From: Melioribacter sp.
GTDB taxonomy: Bacteria; Bacteroidota; Ignavibacteria; Ignavibacteriales; Melioribacteraceae
Reading direction: 5' to 3'
NCBI GenBank assembly: GCA_003155655.1
Contig: PMDS01000025.1
Location: forward strand, 354-64,353
Length of the DNA: 64,000 bases
Part shown: positions 18,881-27,666 of the stretch, piece by piece
Numbering within the stretch: position 1 is the first letter of the stretch
Layout of the letters: each line of letters starts with the position of its first letter
Program-made: the position numbers and the translations under genes
The notes under the pieces: model-generated
The model's database searches: none
The model's input: the letters and a program-made list of their open reading frames with translations, nothing else
Told to the model about the DNA's origin: nothing

Positions 18881-19438
18881 TCAATTCATAAATAAATCTA
18901 AACTTTTATAAACTAATTCTGAGCCTCTTTCAAATCCATTTTGGAAATCTTTTTTATCTGCAAATATTTCAGCAATTTTCTCGCCATATAAAATATGTTT
19001 CTGCTCGTTCATGTGCTCATCAAAATATATTGTTGTTTCCAGAGTAAAGCCGTAATAATTTATTAATCCTTCTTTTTTTGTCTTTGCAACTGCCGGCTGT
19101 TGAATTTCAAACGCGTGAAGCGCACCTAATAATTCAGACGGATTCATTTTTTCAAATTCACCTAGAACATTTGTCATTGCTGGAAATGAACTGACGCTTT
19201 CTAATTGCGATGACCATCTTTTCCATAGTGCGATATGCTCTGTTTCTTCTTTTACAATCTCGCTGCCTGTCTCTTCTTTAACACCTAAGCAGTCAAGAAC
19301 TTTTTGCCAATAAACGGGCATTCTTTCAATAAAATCCAAGTAAGAGTGTGAATATTTTGAGAGTTGTTCTGTAGAAATTTCTCCGTTCATCCATGCCTGG
19401 TAGAACGGGTGTTCAAGTAATTTATATTTCAATTCCAT
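18881..19438 (-). CDS. TenA/PqqC-like (heme-oxygenase-fold) hypothetical protein
   Basis: 185 aa. The N-terminal HPFYQAWMNGEIS..L..Y..SYLDFIE pattern resembles the PqqC/TenA/CADD family. The assignment is tentative. Confidence 0.45.
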   Translation of the reverse strand: MELKYKLLEHPFYQAWMNGEISTEQLSKYSHSYLDFIERMPVYWQKVLDCLGVKEETGSEIVKEETEHIALWKRWSSQLESVSSFPAMTNVLGEFEKMNPSELLGALHAFEIQQPAVAKTKKEGLINYYGFTLETTIYFDEHMNEQKHILYGEKIAEIFADKKDFQNGFERGSELVYKSLDLFMN

Positions 19439-19510
19439 TTGATAACCTTTCTGATTAAATGATGAGAAATTACCCGTGAAATCTTTTTCTTTTATTTACC
19501 GCACTGCGGC
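19429..19510. repeat. Copy B of the ~85 bp direct repeat, spanning the start of the 185-aa gene and the last 13 codons of trhO
   Basis: See copy A. Confidence 0.7.
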
Positions 19511-20354
19511 ATTCTGCCGAGCAGCAGTACTCATTTTCTATTTTACATTCATCACAAGTTACAAGCATTTTATCACATTCCTGGTTGTGGCAGTTTATAT
19601 AATAGGAAGATGCTTTGCCACAATAAAAACATTCTCCAATGTGCTTAATATTCTCTTGGGTGTTGGGTGTTACAATGCGGCGTTCATCAAAAACAAAAAC
19701 GCTGCCTTCCCAAAATTTATCGGGATATTTGTTAACGTAATTCCAGATGCCGCCATCAACCTGGTAAACATTTTTGAAACCTTTCTCAACCAGATATGCC
19801 GAAGCTTTCTCGCACCGTATACCGCCGGTGCAGTAAGTAACTATTGTTTTCTCTTTGAAAGGTTCAAGCTCGTTTACAATTTTTTGCCAATCGCGGAATG
19901 TATCCATTGTCGGAGTAATTGCATTCTTGAATTTTCCAATTTTACTTTCATATTCGTTACGCGCGTCAATAATTATAAAATCCCGATGGTTTTCATAAAG
20001 ATTGTTTAATTCTTCCGGGGTTAATTTTTTAGCAGCCATTGAAATGTCAACTTCTCCAAAACTTGAATTTACTATTTCCGGTCTTACCCTAACGTGAATT
20101 TTCTTAAAGGCGTGTTCAGTATATTTATCTTCCTTGAACCAAATATCAGAAAAGCTGGGGTATCTTCTAATTTCTGCTTCGTATTTTTCAATATTTTCTT
20201 TGGTTCCTGAAACGGTTGCATTTATTCCTTCATGTGCAATCCAGACCCGTCCCATAATATCGTTATCAATGCAAAACTTCAGATGTTCTGCCTGGAATTT
20301 ATCCGGATTTGGAAAATCTGCATATTTATAAAAAAGTAATATTCTATAGTCCAC
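19470..20354 (-). CDS. trhO: tRNA uridine(34) hydroxylase TrhO (rhodanese-domain, UPF0176/YceA family) with a Cys-rich C-terminal extension
   Basis: 294 aa. The conserved YceA N-terminal region (ILLFYKY...AHEGIN) is followed by a rhodanese domain with a catalytic-Cys loop (YCTGGIRCEKA) and a C-terminal CxxC-rich tail. Confidence 0.8.
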   Translation of the reverse strand: MDYRILLFYKYADFPNPDKFQAEHLKFCIDNDIMGRVWIAHEGINATVSGTKENIEKYEAEIRRYPSFSDIWFKEDKYTEHAFKKIHVRVRPEIVNSSFGEVDISMAAKKLTPEELNNLYENHRDFIIIDARNEYESKIGKFKNAITPTMDTFRDWQKIVNELEPFKEKTIVTYCTGGIRCEKASAYLVEKGFKNVYQVDGGIWNYVNKYPDKFWEGSVFVFDERRIVTPNTQENIKHIGECFYCGKASSYYINCHNQECDKMLVTCDECKIENEYCCSAECRSAVNKRKRFHG

Positions 20355-20494
20355 GATATGCTAACAATACAAACCGGCAAATGGTTTACAATATTACAAG
20401 AATTCGGAAATAAGTATGACAGGATTTTGAAAAAGAATAGGATGGTAAGGTTATTATCCTACCTAATTAAACATTACGTTGCTATATTTGCTTT

Positions 20495-21841
20495 ATGTTA
20501 ATCAAAATTTGGTTTATGGAAGAGCCCAACGTCAGCATTGGAATACTAAGCGGAAAAGAGATTAGTTTCGATCTTTATGGTGAATTTATTGTTCAGGGAG
20601 CAGATAAAAAATTCAGCGGAAAGTATAAAGCTAAAGCGGATGGAAATAGAATTAAGATAATACAGGAATCAAAAGAAGTCGATTCGGCGGCAAATATTAT
20701 TTTTTCTCCAAACGATCTTGAATCGGAATCATTTTTACTGCGCGAAGTTATAATTGGGAAAAATTTTCACTGGGAGCGGAAAGAAAACCAGCGGTTCCGC
20801 GGCAGCTTGAAATTTATTAGAGAAAACGAATCATTAACAGCACTAAATATAATTCCAATTGAGGAATACCTTACCAGCGTTATCTCATCGGAAATGAGCC
20901 CTAATAGTTCAATTGAGCTTCTGAAGGCGCATGCAATAATATCACGCGGGTGGCTGATTGCACAGCTTAATAAGAAAAATAAAAATGCGGTTAATGAAAA
21001 AATAAATAATGAAGAAATAATCCGCTGGTATAATAGGGAAGACCATTCAAATTATGATTTTTGCGCGGATGACCACTGCCAGCGCTACCAGGGTGTTTCA
21101 AAAATTAATAACGATAATGCAATTCATGCTATTACAGAAACTCGCGGATTGGTTCTAAAAAATGAAGATGAAATCTGCGATACGCGCTATTCGAAATGCT
21201 GCGGCGGTGCTACGGAAGCATACGAAAATGTGTGGGATGAAGAATCACATCCATATTTGAGTTCAATTATTGATTATAAATTTGAAATGGAAGAAAGTGG
21301 AAATGATTTAACCAATGATGAATGCGCTGAACAATGGATAAAAAGAAATCCGCAAGCTTTCTGCAATACAGACAATAAGAAAATTCTTTCCAGCGTACTT
21401 CTGAATTTTGACCAGGATACGGTGAATTTTTATCGATGGAATATCGAATACACACAGGATGAACTTTCGCAATTGATAAAATCAAAAAGCGGAATTGATT
21501 TTGGAAACATAATCGATTTGAGCCCGGTTGAAAGAGGAAAGTCCGGAAGAATTATAAAATTGAAAATAGTTGGAACAAATAAAATACTTACTATTGGGAA
21601 AGAACTTGAGATTAGAAAAATACTTTCACAAACGCATCTTTATAGTTCTGCATTTATAGTATCAAAAGAAAATATTGTTGAAGGAATTCCAGGAAAATTT
21701 ATCTTGCAGGGCGCAGGATGGGGGCATGGAGTCGGTCTTTGTCAAATTGGAGCGGCTGTTATGGGCGAACTCGGATATAATTTTGATGAAATTCTTTCTC
21801 ATTACTTTAAAGGAACATCAATCCAAAGAATTTATTTATAA
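20495..21841 (+). CDS. SpoIID/LytB domain protein
   Basis: 448 aa with C-terminal GWGHGVGLCQIGA...HYFKGT motifs characteristic of SpoIID/LytB. Confidence 0.8.
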   Translation: MLIKIWFMEEPNVSIGILSGKEISFDLYGEFIVQGADKKFSGKYKAKADGNRIKIIQESKEVDSAANIIFSPNDLESESFLLREVIIGKNFHWERKENQRFRGSLKFIRENESLTALNIIPIEEYLTSVISSEMSPNSSIELLKAHAIISRGWLIAQLNKKNKNAVNEKINNEEIIRWYNREDHSNYDFCADDHCQRYQGVSKINNDNAIHAITETRGLVLKNEDEICDTRYSKCCGGATEAYENVWDEESHPYLSSIIDYKFEMEESGNDLTNDECAEQWIKRNPQAFCNTDNKKILSSVLLNFDQDTVNFYRWNIEYTQDELSQLIKSKSGIDFGNIIDLSPVERGKSGRIIKLKIVGTNKILTIGKELEIRKILSQTHLYSSAFIVSKENIVEGIPGKFILQGAGWGHGVGLCQIGAAVMGELGYNFDEILSHYFKGTSIQRIYL

Positions 21842-23944
21842 ATGACATTTCTTAATCCCGCAATTTTATTCGGCTTATTGGCAGCTTCAATTCCGCTGGT
21901 TTTGCATTTCCTGAATCTGCGGAAGTTGAAAACAATTGAATTCAGCACACTGACTTTTTTAAAGGAACTGCAAAAAACAAAGATTAAACGAATAAAGTTA
22001 AAGCAATGGCTCCTTCTTTTATTAAGGACGGCAATAATTATTTTATTGGTAATGGCATTTGCGCGTCCGACACTTAAAAACATTGCATTCGGAAATTCTT
22101 CAATTGCGAAAACTACCGCGGTAATAATTATAGATAACACATTCAGCATGTCTGTTGTTACCGATAAAGGCTCCTATTTGAATAGGGCAAAACATCTTGC
22201 AGGGAATTTGTTAAATAATTTTCAGGATGGTGATGAAATTGCAGTTTTACCTGTTAGTGAAACAGCAAAAGAATTTAGTATACCAACAACAAATTTTAAG
22301 CAAGCTGTTCGTACAATAGATGAAATGCAAACATCCTTTATTTCAAAAACTCTGAATGAATCTATCATAAAAGCTTCGCAAATTTTATATCAGTCCAAAA
22401 ATTTTAATAAGGAAATTTACATTTTAACTGATCTTCAGAAAGGGAGAACATATAATTCAAACGATCTTTCAATTCTTTCAAAAGTACTAGACGCCAGTGT
22501 AAGACTATATTTAATGGATATTAATGGGAAAGAAGTCTTCAACCTAGGGATTGATGATTTTACTTCCGTGAACCAAATTTTTGCAAAGGATAAAACAGTT
22601 GGATTTACAGCGCGTGTAAAAAATTATTCCCGGCAGTCTGTAAATAACCATGTAATTTCTCTTTTTATAGACGGAAAACGCAGCGCACAGCAAAGCTTAA
22701 ATCTTGGCGCAGGTGAAACGAAAGAAATTTCATTTGAGGCAACTCTTTCTGATACGGGACTTGTTGAAATTTCCGCAGAACTTGAAGATGATGACATTAT
22801 TCAGGATAACAAAAGGTATTTTAGTGTTTATGTACCGGGTAAAATATCAGCTCTTATTTTGAGCGATAATAAAGATGATTCAAAATTTGTTAAGCTTGCA
22901 ATTGAAGACCCTTTGCAGAAAATAAAAATTACCGAATACAACCTATCGCAGACAGCATCGCTCAACTTAAAAAATTATGATGCCGTTTTTATTATTGGTT
23001 CCGAAAAGGAAGCTGATTGGAGAAATTTATCGGCTTTTGTGCAACAGGGAGGTAAAATAATTTTAATGCCGGGCTCACAAAGTACAGTTCAAAATTTCAA
23101 AAAGTTATGCGGCGCTATGGGTATTACCCAGCCGGATAATTCTATAGGAAAAATAAACTCGCAGCAGTCCATTGCCCAAATAGATAAAATAGATCTTCAA
23201 AATCCCCTCTTTGAAGACTTTTTTGATAATAAGAAACTTCCGCAAATTGAGTCACCGGAGATTTATTATTATTTTAAAATAAATCCGGGAGATGCCGGGA
23301 AAAATATTATCGGCATGTTTGATGGATCTTCCTTTTTGAGTGAATTTAAAGTAAAACAGGGCAAAATATATTTATTTAATTCCGCACCTGTTCTTAGCTG
23401 GAATAATTTTCCGCTAAAAGGATTTTTTGCACCGTTCATGAACAAACTGGTTTTAACTTGTGCTTCAAAAATTAAAGCGCAAAACTCTTTTATGGCAGGA
23501 GAAGAAATTACGGCGGATATCTCAAATCATATTTCACAACAGATTAAAATTCAAAAACCGGATGGTTTAGATGAATATCTTAATTCTGATTCATTAGCGA
23601 ACAAGAACTTCATTAATTACTCCAAAACTGCTAAAACCGGCCTATATACATTCATTTCCGGCGATAAATTGCTTGATTACATCTCAATTAATCACGATCC
23701 GCGCGAGTCTGTTACTGAAAAGAGCAGCATTTCTGATTTTAAAGACTATCTTAAGCTGGTAGATTTTGAAGGAAAATTTTATTCTCTTTCAGCCGATGAA
23801 GATTTTTCAAAGGTAATTTATGAATCGCGGTTCGGGACAGAGTTATGGAAATATTTTTTAATCGCTGCTCTTATTCTTGCTATGATCGAATCATACGTTG
23901 CGCGCAGTTCAAAAAAAGATTTAATAAATATACAATCCAATTAG
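21842..23944 (+). CDS. BatA-N-domain / vWA-like membrane protein (Bacteroidetes aerotolerance-type)
   Basis: 700 aa. The N-terminal FLNPAILFGLLAASIPLVLHFL matches the BatA N-terminal domain. It has a vWA-like region and a C-terminal TM helix, and abuts the upstream gene. Confidence 0.7.
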   Translation: MTFLNPAILFGLLAASIPLVLHFLNLRKLKTIEFSTLTFLKELQKTKIKRIKLKQWLLLLLRTAIIILLVMAFARPTLKNIAFGNSSIAKTTAVIIIDNTFSMSVVTDKGSYLNRAKHLAGNLLNNFQDGDEIAVLPVSETAKEFSIPTTNFKQAVRTIDEMQTSFISKTLNESIIKASQILYQSKNFNKEIYILTDLQKGRTYNSNDLSILSKVLDASVRLYLMDINGKEVFNLGIDDFTSVNQIFAKDKTVGFTARVKNYSRQSVNNHVISLFIDGKRSAQQSLNLGAGETKEISFEATLSDTGLVEISAELEDDDIIQDNKRYFSVYVPGKISALILSDNKDDSKFVKLAIEDPLQKIKITEYNLSQTASLNLKNYDAVFIIGSEKEADWRNLSAFVQQGGKIILMPGSQSTVQNFKKLCGAMGITQPDNSIGKINSQQSIAQIDKIDLQNPLFEDFFDNKKLPQIESPEIYYYFKINPGDAGKNIIGMFDGSSFLSEFKVKQGKIYLFNSAPVLSWNNFPLKGFFAPFMNKLVLTCASKIKAQNSFMAGEEITADISNHISQQIKIQKPDGLDEYLNSDSLANKNFINYSKTAKTGLYTFISGDKLLDYISINHDPRESVTEKSSISDFKDYLKLVDFEGKFYSLSADEDFSKVIYESRFGTELWKYFLIAALILAMIESYVARSSKKDLINIQSN

Positions 23945-23963
23945 ACGGAGTTTAGCTTTTAGT

Positions 23964-25229
23964 ATGATTGAATTAAAACCGGTACCTAAAGAACGTGCAA
24001 TTTTAATTGCTCTTGTAAGCGGCTATGATACAAAAGATATGGTAGAAGAACATCTTGACGAACTGGAACTGCTGACGGATACTGCGGGCGCGGAAACAGT
24101 CTTTAAAATAATCCAGGACCGGAATAGGCCCGACCCGGCTTTTTTTATTGGAAAGGGAAAGGCAGAAGAAGTTGCGCAGCTTATTGAATTGAATAATATT
24201 CAGCTTGTAATATTTGATGACGATCTTAACCCCACACAGGCACGTAACCTTGAAAAACTATTTGAGCGTAAAATTTTGGATCGCAGCGGTCTTATACTAG
24301 ATATCTTTGCCTCTCACGCTCAAACACGCGAAGCTAAAACGCAGGTAGAACTTGCCCAGTTACAATATATGCTTCCGCGCTTAACTCGCGCATGGACGCA
24401 TCTGTCGAAACAGTATGGTGGAATCGGGACTAAGGGTCCCGGTGAAACACAGATTGAAACCGACAGAAGAATTATACGTACACGTATAAGCAAGCTGAAA
24501 GAAAATTTAAAGAAAATTGAAGCGCAGCAGACAACTAAAAGCGCAATGAGGAAAGAACAGATTACCGCTTGCCTTGTAGGATATACAAATGCCGGAAAAT
24601 CAACGCTGCTTAATAGATTAACTAAAGCAGGGGTCCTGGCAGAAGACAAATTGTTTGCTACTCTTGATTCAACAACACGCTCTTTTGAAATAGAAAAGAA
24701 AAAAAATATTTTACTGAGCGATACTGTTGGGTTTATACGCAAACTGCCGCATCATCTTGTTGCATCTTTCAAGAGCACGCTTAATGTTGTTAAGGAAGCT
24801 GATGTTATTCTTCATGTGATAGACGTTTCCCATGATTTTTTTGAGGATCACATTAATGTTGTTGATTCTACTTTGGAAGAACTTAACAGCAATAAAAAAA
24901 TTCAGATTAAAATATTTAATAAAGTTGATGCGTTAAAAGATAAAAACAGAATAGATTACGTTTTAAATAAGTATCAAAACAGCATTCTGATTTCTGCCGA
25001 ACGCGGAATTAATATAGCTAATTTGAAAAAGCTTCTGATTGAAATTTATGAGAAAGAATTTGTTGAAGGGAAAATCGTACTGCTGCACTCGCAGTCAAAA
25101 CTTGTTTCCCAATTATATGACATGGTGGAAATTATTTCTGCCGATTATCAGGATGAATCAATTGTAATTACTTACAGGACAAATTCATCAACACACAATA
25201 AAATTCAAAGAATGATAAAAGAGAAATAA
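23964..25229 (+). CDS. hflX: GTPase HflX
   Basis: 421 aa with the HflX N-domain and a G-domain (GYTNAGKST, DTVGF, NKVD). Confidence 0.9.
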   Translation: MIELKPVPKERAILIALVSGYDTKDMVEEHLDELELLTDTAGAETVFKIIQDRNRPDPAFFIGKGKAEEVAQLIELNNIQLVIFDDDLNPTQARNLEKLFERKILDRSGLILDIFASHAQTREAKTQVELAQLQYMLPRLTRAWTHLSKQYGGIGTKGPGETQIETDRRIIRTRISKLKENLKKIEAQQTTKSAMRKEQITACLVGYTNAGKSTLLNRLTKAGVLAEDKLFATLDSTTRSFEIEKKKNILLSDTVGFIRKLPHHLVASFKSTLNVVKEADVILHVIDVSHDFFEDHINVVDSTLEELNSNKKIQIKIFNKVDALKDKNRIDYVLNKYQNSILISAERGINIANLKKLLIEIYEKEFVEGKIVLLHSQSKLVSQLYDMVEIISADYQDESIVITYRTNSSTHNKIQRMIKEK

Positions 25230-25320
25230 GTTGTAAATATTTTTAGGATAAATTTCTTGGGGGATTTTGAAAATATCTAAAGAAGAACCCTCTTTGTATA
25301 AACTTTTGGTTATGCCATAA

Positions 25321-25803
25321 TTAATTTTTAGTATAAGGCAAATTATCACAAATAATTTCAAAAATAAATGTTAATGATTCCGGAGAATATACATTCCCAC
25401 GCAAACTTTGTACTAAATCATGAAAAATTCTTGGTGATATAATTGAACTTGAATCCTCGAATCTATTTGTTTCACTACAGCAAATAGCAAATCCCATATG
25501 TAAGGCAACTAATTCGTTAATTGCCAAGAATTTTTGTTTATTGTCCTCAAGGTAACTAATAGGTTTTAATTTTCTTATCCAAAAAGACATACAACCTGCA
25601 ATTTTGGATTTATTAGGAGTAGCGACCCCTAATAATATAAGGGATTTTAATGCCCTTGCTTCTACTTCATCCAAGATATTAGTATCGGTAATCATATTGC
25701 ACTTAAATAATTTACTATAAATCACTACAATTTTATAGAATATTTTTTTCCAATCAATTACCGATATAATTTCTTCGATAGTTGCTGATTTGTGAGATTC
25801 CAT
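25321..25803 (-). CDS. Hypothetical protein in an AT-rich islet
   Basis: 160-aa ORF with very AT-rich codon usage and no recognisable motif. Confidence 0.4.
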   Translation of the reverse strand: MESHKSATIEEIISVIDWKKIFYKIVVIYSKLFKCNMITDTNILDEVEARALKSLILLGVATPNKSKIAGCMSFWIRKLKPISYLEDNKQKFLAINELVALHMGFAICCSETNRFEDSSSIISPRIFHDLVQSLRGNVYSPESLTFIFEIICDNLPYTKN

Positions 25804-25815
25804 TTTTATAAGAAG

Positions 25816-26031
25816 TTAATTTTTTCTTTTTTTTTGTTTTATAAAAAGATTTGATGCTAATAACTGTTCAACACATTTATCATTGATGATTTTTTTTGCT
25901 TGAACAACGCCTTTTAATATACTTTTCGTTGTTAATTGCTCACCACTATTTCTCAATGAATTAGTGTTAAAGTTAGTGACACTGAAGTCTGAATTACGTA
26001 TGCCTATTTTTTTAACAATTGAGTTCCCCAA
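25816..26031 (-). CDS. Small hypothetical protein (basic, K-rich)
   Basis: 71-aa ORF co-directional with, and between, the cyclase and the 160-aa ORF. Confidence 0.3.
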   Translation of the reverse strand: MGNSIVKKIGIRNSDFSVTNFNTNSLRNSGEQLTTKSILKGVVQAKKIINDKCVEQLLASNLFIKQKKRKN

Positions 26032-26104
26032 TCGTACGCCCTAGTTTCTAAATATTAAATTATTATATTCTATAACCATATGCAAGAAAAAATGCTATCC
26101 AGAA

Positions 26105-27151
26105 TTAGGACAAAACATCGTTTAAATTGGGGGAGATACCGTTTATAGTTAGTCTTAATAATAGATGCCCTAAATCATCACATTTTAGCCATATATCTTC
26201 ATTGTCTAAAAATTTTACTTTACCCAAGAAATCATCTCCATTATAATAATAGTCTGATTGTTTTTTTATTACTCTAATACTTCTTTTAACATTCATTGAA
26301 CTATTCTCTTGAAAGAGTAATTCATAGTTTATTATCGAAAAATCATCACTGAAAATTAATAGTTCTGAATATTTATTTCTATTTATCCATGACTCAAACT
26401 TACATATATTATTATTCCTCTCAGTAATTTCAAATCTTATATCAGGGTTGGATTTACTTAAAATAATACTAGCTTTTTTTATCTTTTCTTTAATGTAAAT
26501 TAATAATTTATGAGTTTCTTCAGTGTTGAGTAAATATTCTTTATAATTAGCGTAAATACTAAAGCTTTTTTCATCTATGATTTTGTTGACTAATTCCGTA
26601 AAATAATTTTCAACTTCACTTTTATAAATAAGTTCGTATACTACTATAGTACCATATCCTTTCACCAATGCCATCTGACCTAATTTAATGCCGACAATAT
26701 TCTGCACATTAGTGTTTCTAAAATGTCTATAGAATAAATCTGAACAATAGATGTGGTTGCTTTTTGTTATTGGTTCCAATCTAGCTGTTAAATCTATTCC
26801 CTTCCCAATAACTTCTGTTTTGCCCCCTTCATTTATTATTATTATCTCTGCTACATTTATTGCAATTCTGATTTGTGGAATAAATCCAAGATCAAGGTAT
26901 TCTTCCTTTAAGTTTATAAAATTCTCTTTTAACTCAAAAGCAAATTCTACACATTGGGCACACTTTTCAAAACAAACCAAAACAGCATCTCCCCATGTTT
27001 TTTCATGGAAAATTGTTTTTTTATCGTTATTTTTTTTTATGCATTTATGAAAAAAATCTGATAATGCAAGTTTTTTACTGTCATCTTGGATTTTTGAAAA
27101 TCCCGCAATGTCAGCAAATAATATCGGTGTAATTCTAGTAATCATAGACAT
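26105..27151 (-). CDS. Class III nucleotidyl cyclase (CHD) with an uncharacterised ~170-aa C-terminal domain
   Basis: 348 aa. The N-terminal FADIAGFS ... TWGDAVLVCF ... IRIAINVAEII...GKGIDLTARLE motifs match the metal-binding Asp and substrate-binding motifs of the adenylyl/guanylyl cyclase catalytic domain. Confidence 0.75.
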   Translation of the reverse strand: MSMITRITPILFADIAGFSKIQDDSKKLALSDFFHKCIKKNNDKKTIFHEKTWGDAVLVCFEKCAQCVEFAFELKENFINLKEEYLDLGFIPQIRIAINVAEIIIINEGGKTEVIGKGIDLTARLEPITKSNHIYCSDLFYRHFRNTNVQNIVGIKLGQMALVKGYGTIVVYELIYKSEVENYFTELVNKIIDEKSFSIYANYKEYLLNTEETHKLLIYIKEKIKKASIILSKSNPDIRFEITERNNNICKFESWINRNKYSELLIFSDDFSIINYELLFQENSSMNVKRSIRVIKKQSDYYYNGDDFLGKVKFLDNEDIWLKCDDLGHLLLRLTINGISPNLNDVLS

Positions 27152-27341
27152 GTAAAGTTACTCGCCAACTCACTTTTTCCAATACTATATTTATTATGAA
27201 CTTTATATCTTAATATATTGTACGCATACTCATAATGAATCAATATATATATTATTCAGTTTTTTAAAATCGTGAAAAATATTTTAGTGTATGGAATTTA
27301 TAGTCACTAATTAATTTATTATCATTATTGTTAAATGTAAA

Positions 27342-27524
27342 TTATTTATTGTCTTGAAAATCCGGTTTTTGAGTCTTTGATTTATCCTTATAAAGACTCT
27401 CTTTGCCTAGTCTTTCTTTTCTGTCAACCCATTTGTCAATTTTCATAATCAATAATCCAAACAAAGCCAGTCCAATAAGAACAAGTAATGTAACAGCTAT
27501 AAACGCAATTGTATAAATGCTCAT
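27342..27524 (-). CDS. Small single-TM protein with a charged tail
   Basis: 60 aa with one hydrophobic helix and a Lys/Asp-rich C-terminus. It sits just upstream of the cyclase on the same strand. Confidence 0.35.
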   Translation of the reverse strand: MSIYTIAFIAVTLLVLIGLALFGLLIMKIDKWVDRKERLGKESLYKDKSKTQKPDFQDNK

Positions 27525-27666
27525 ATTTTTCTTTTATATTTTAGACGCTTGAATCATATAAAATCCAATATTAAAGTACAAATTCATTAATAAAATACTT
27601 AGATGCTTTTTAGTTAAGTCTTCTTAAGTTTCATAAGACAATTTTCCAATTTTTGGAGGTAACTGT

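Noticed and set aside
25321-27524. Assignment of the cyclase islet to a specific known defence family (Pycsar or CBASS)
   Set aside because: No CAP-like cNMP-binding, TIR, patatin, endonuclease or CD-NTase motifs could be recognised by eye in the partner ORFs. Only the generic cyclase call is supportable.
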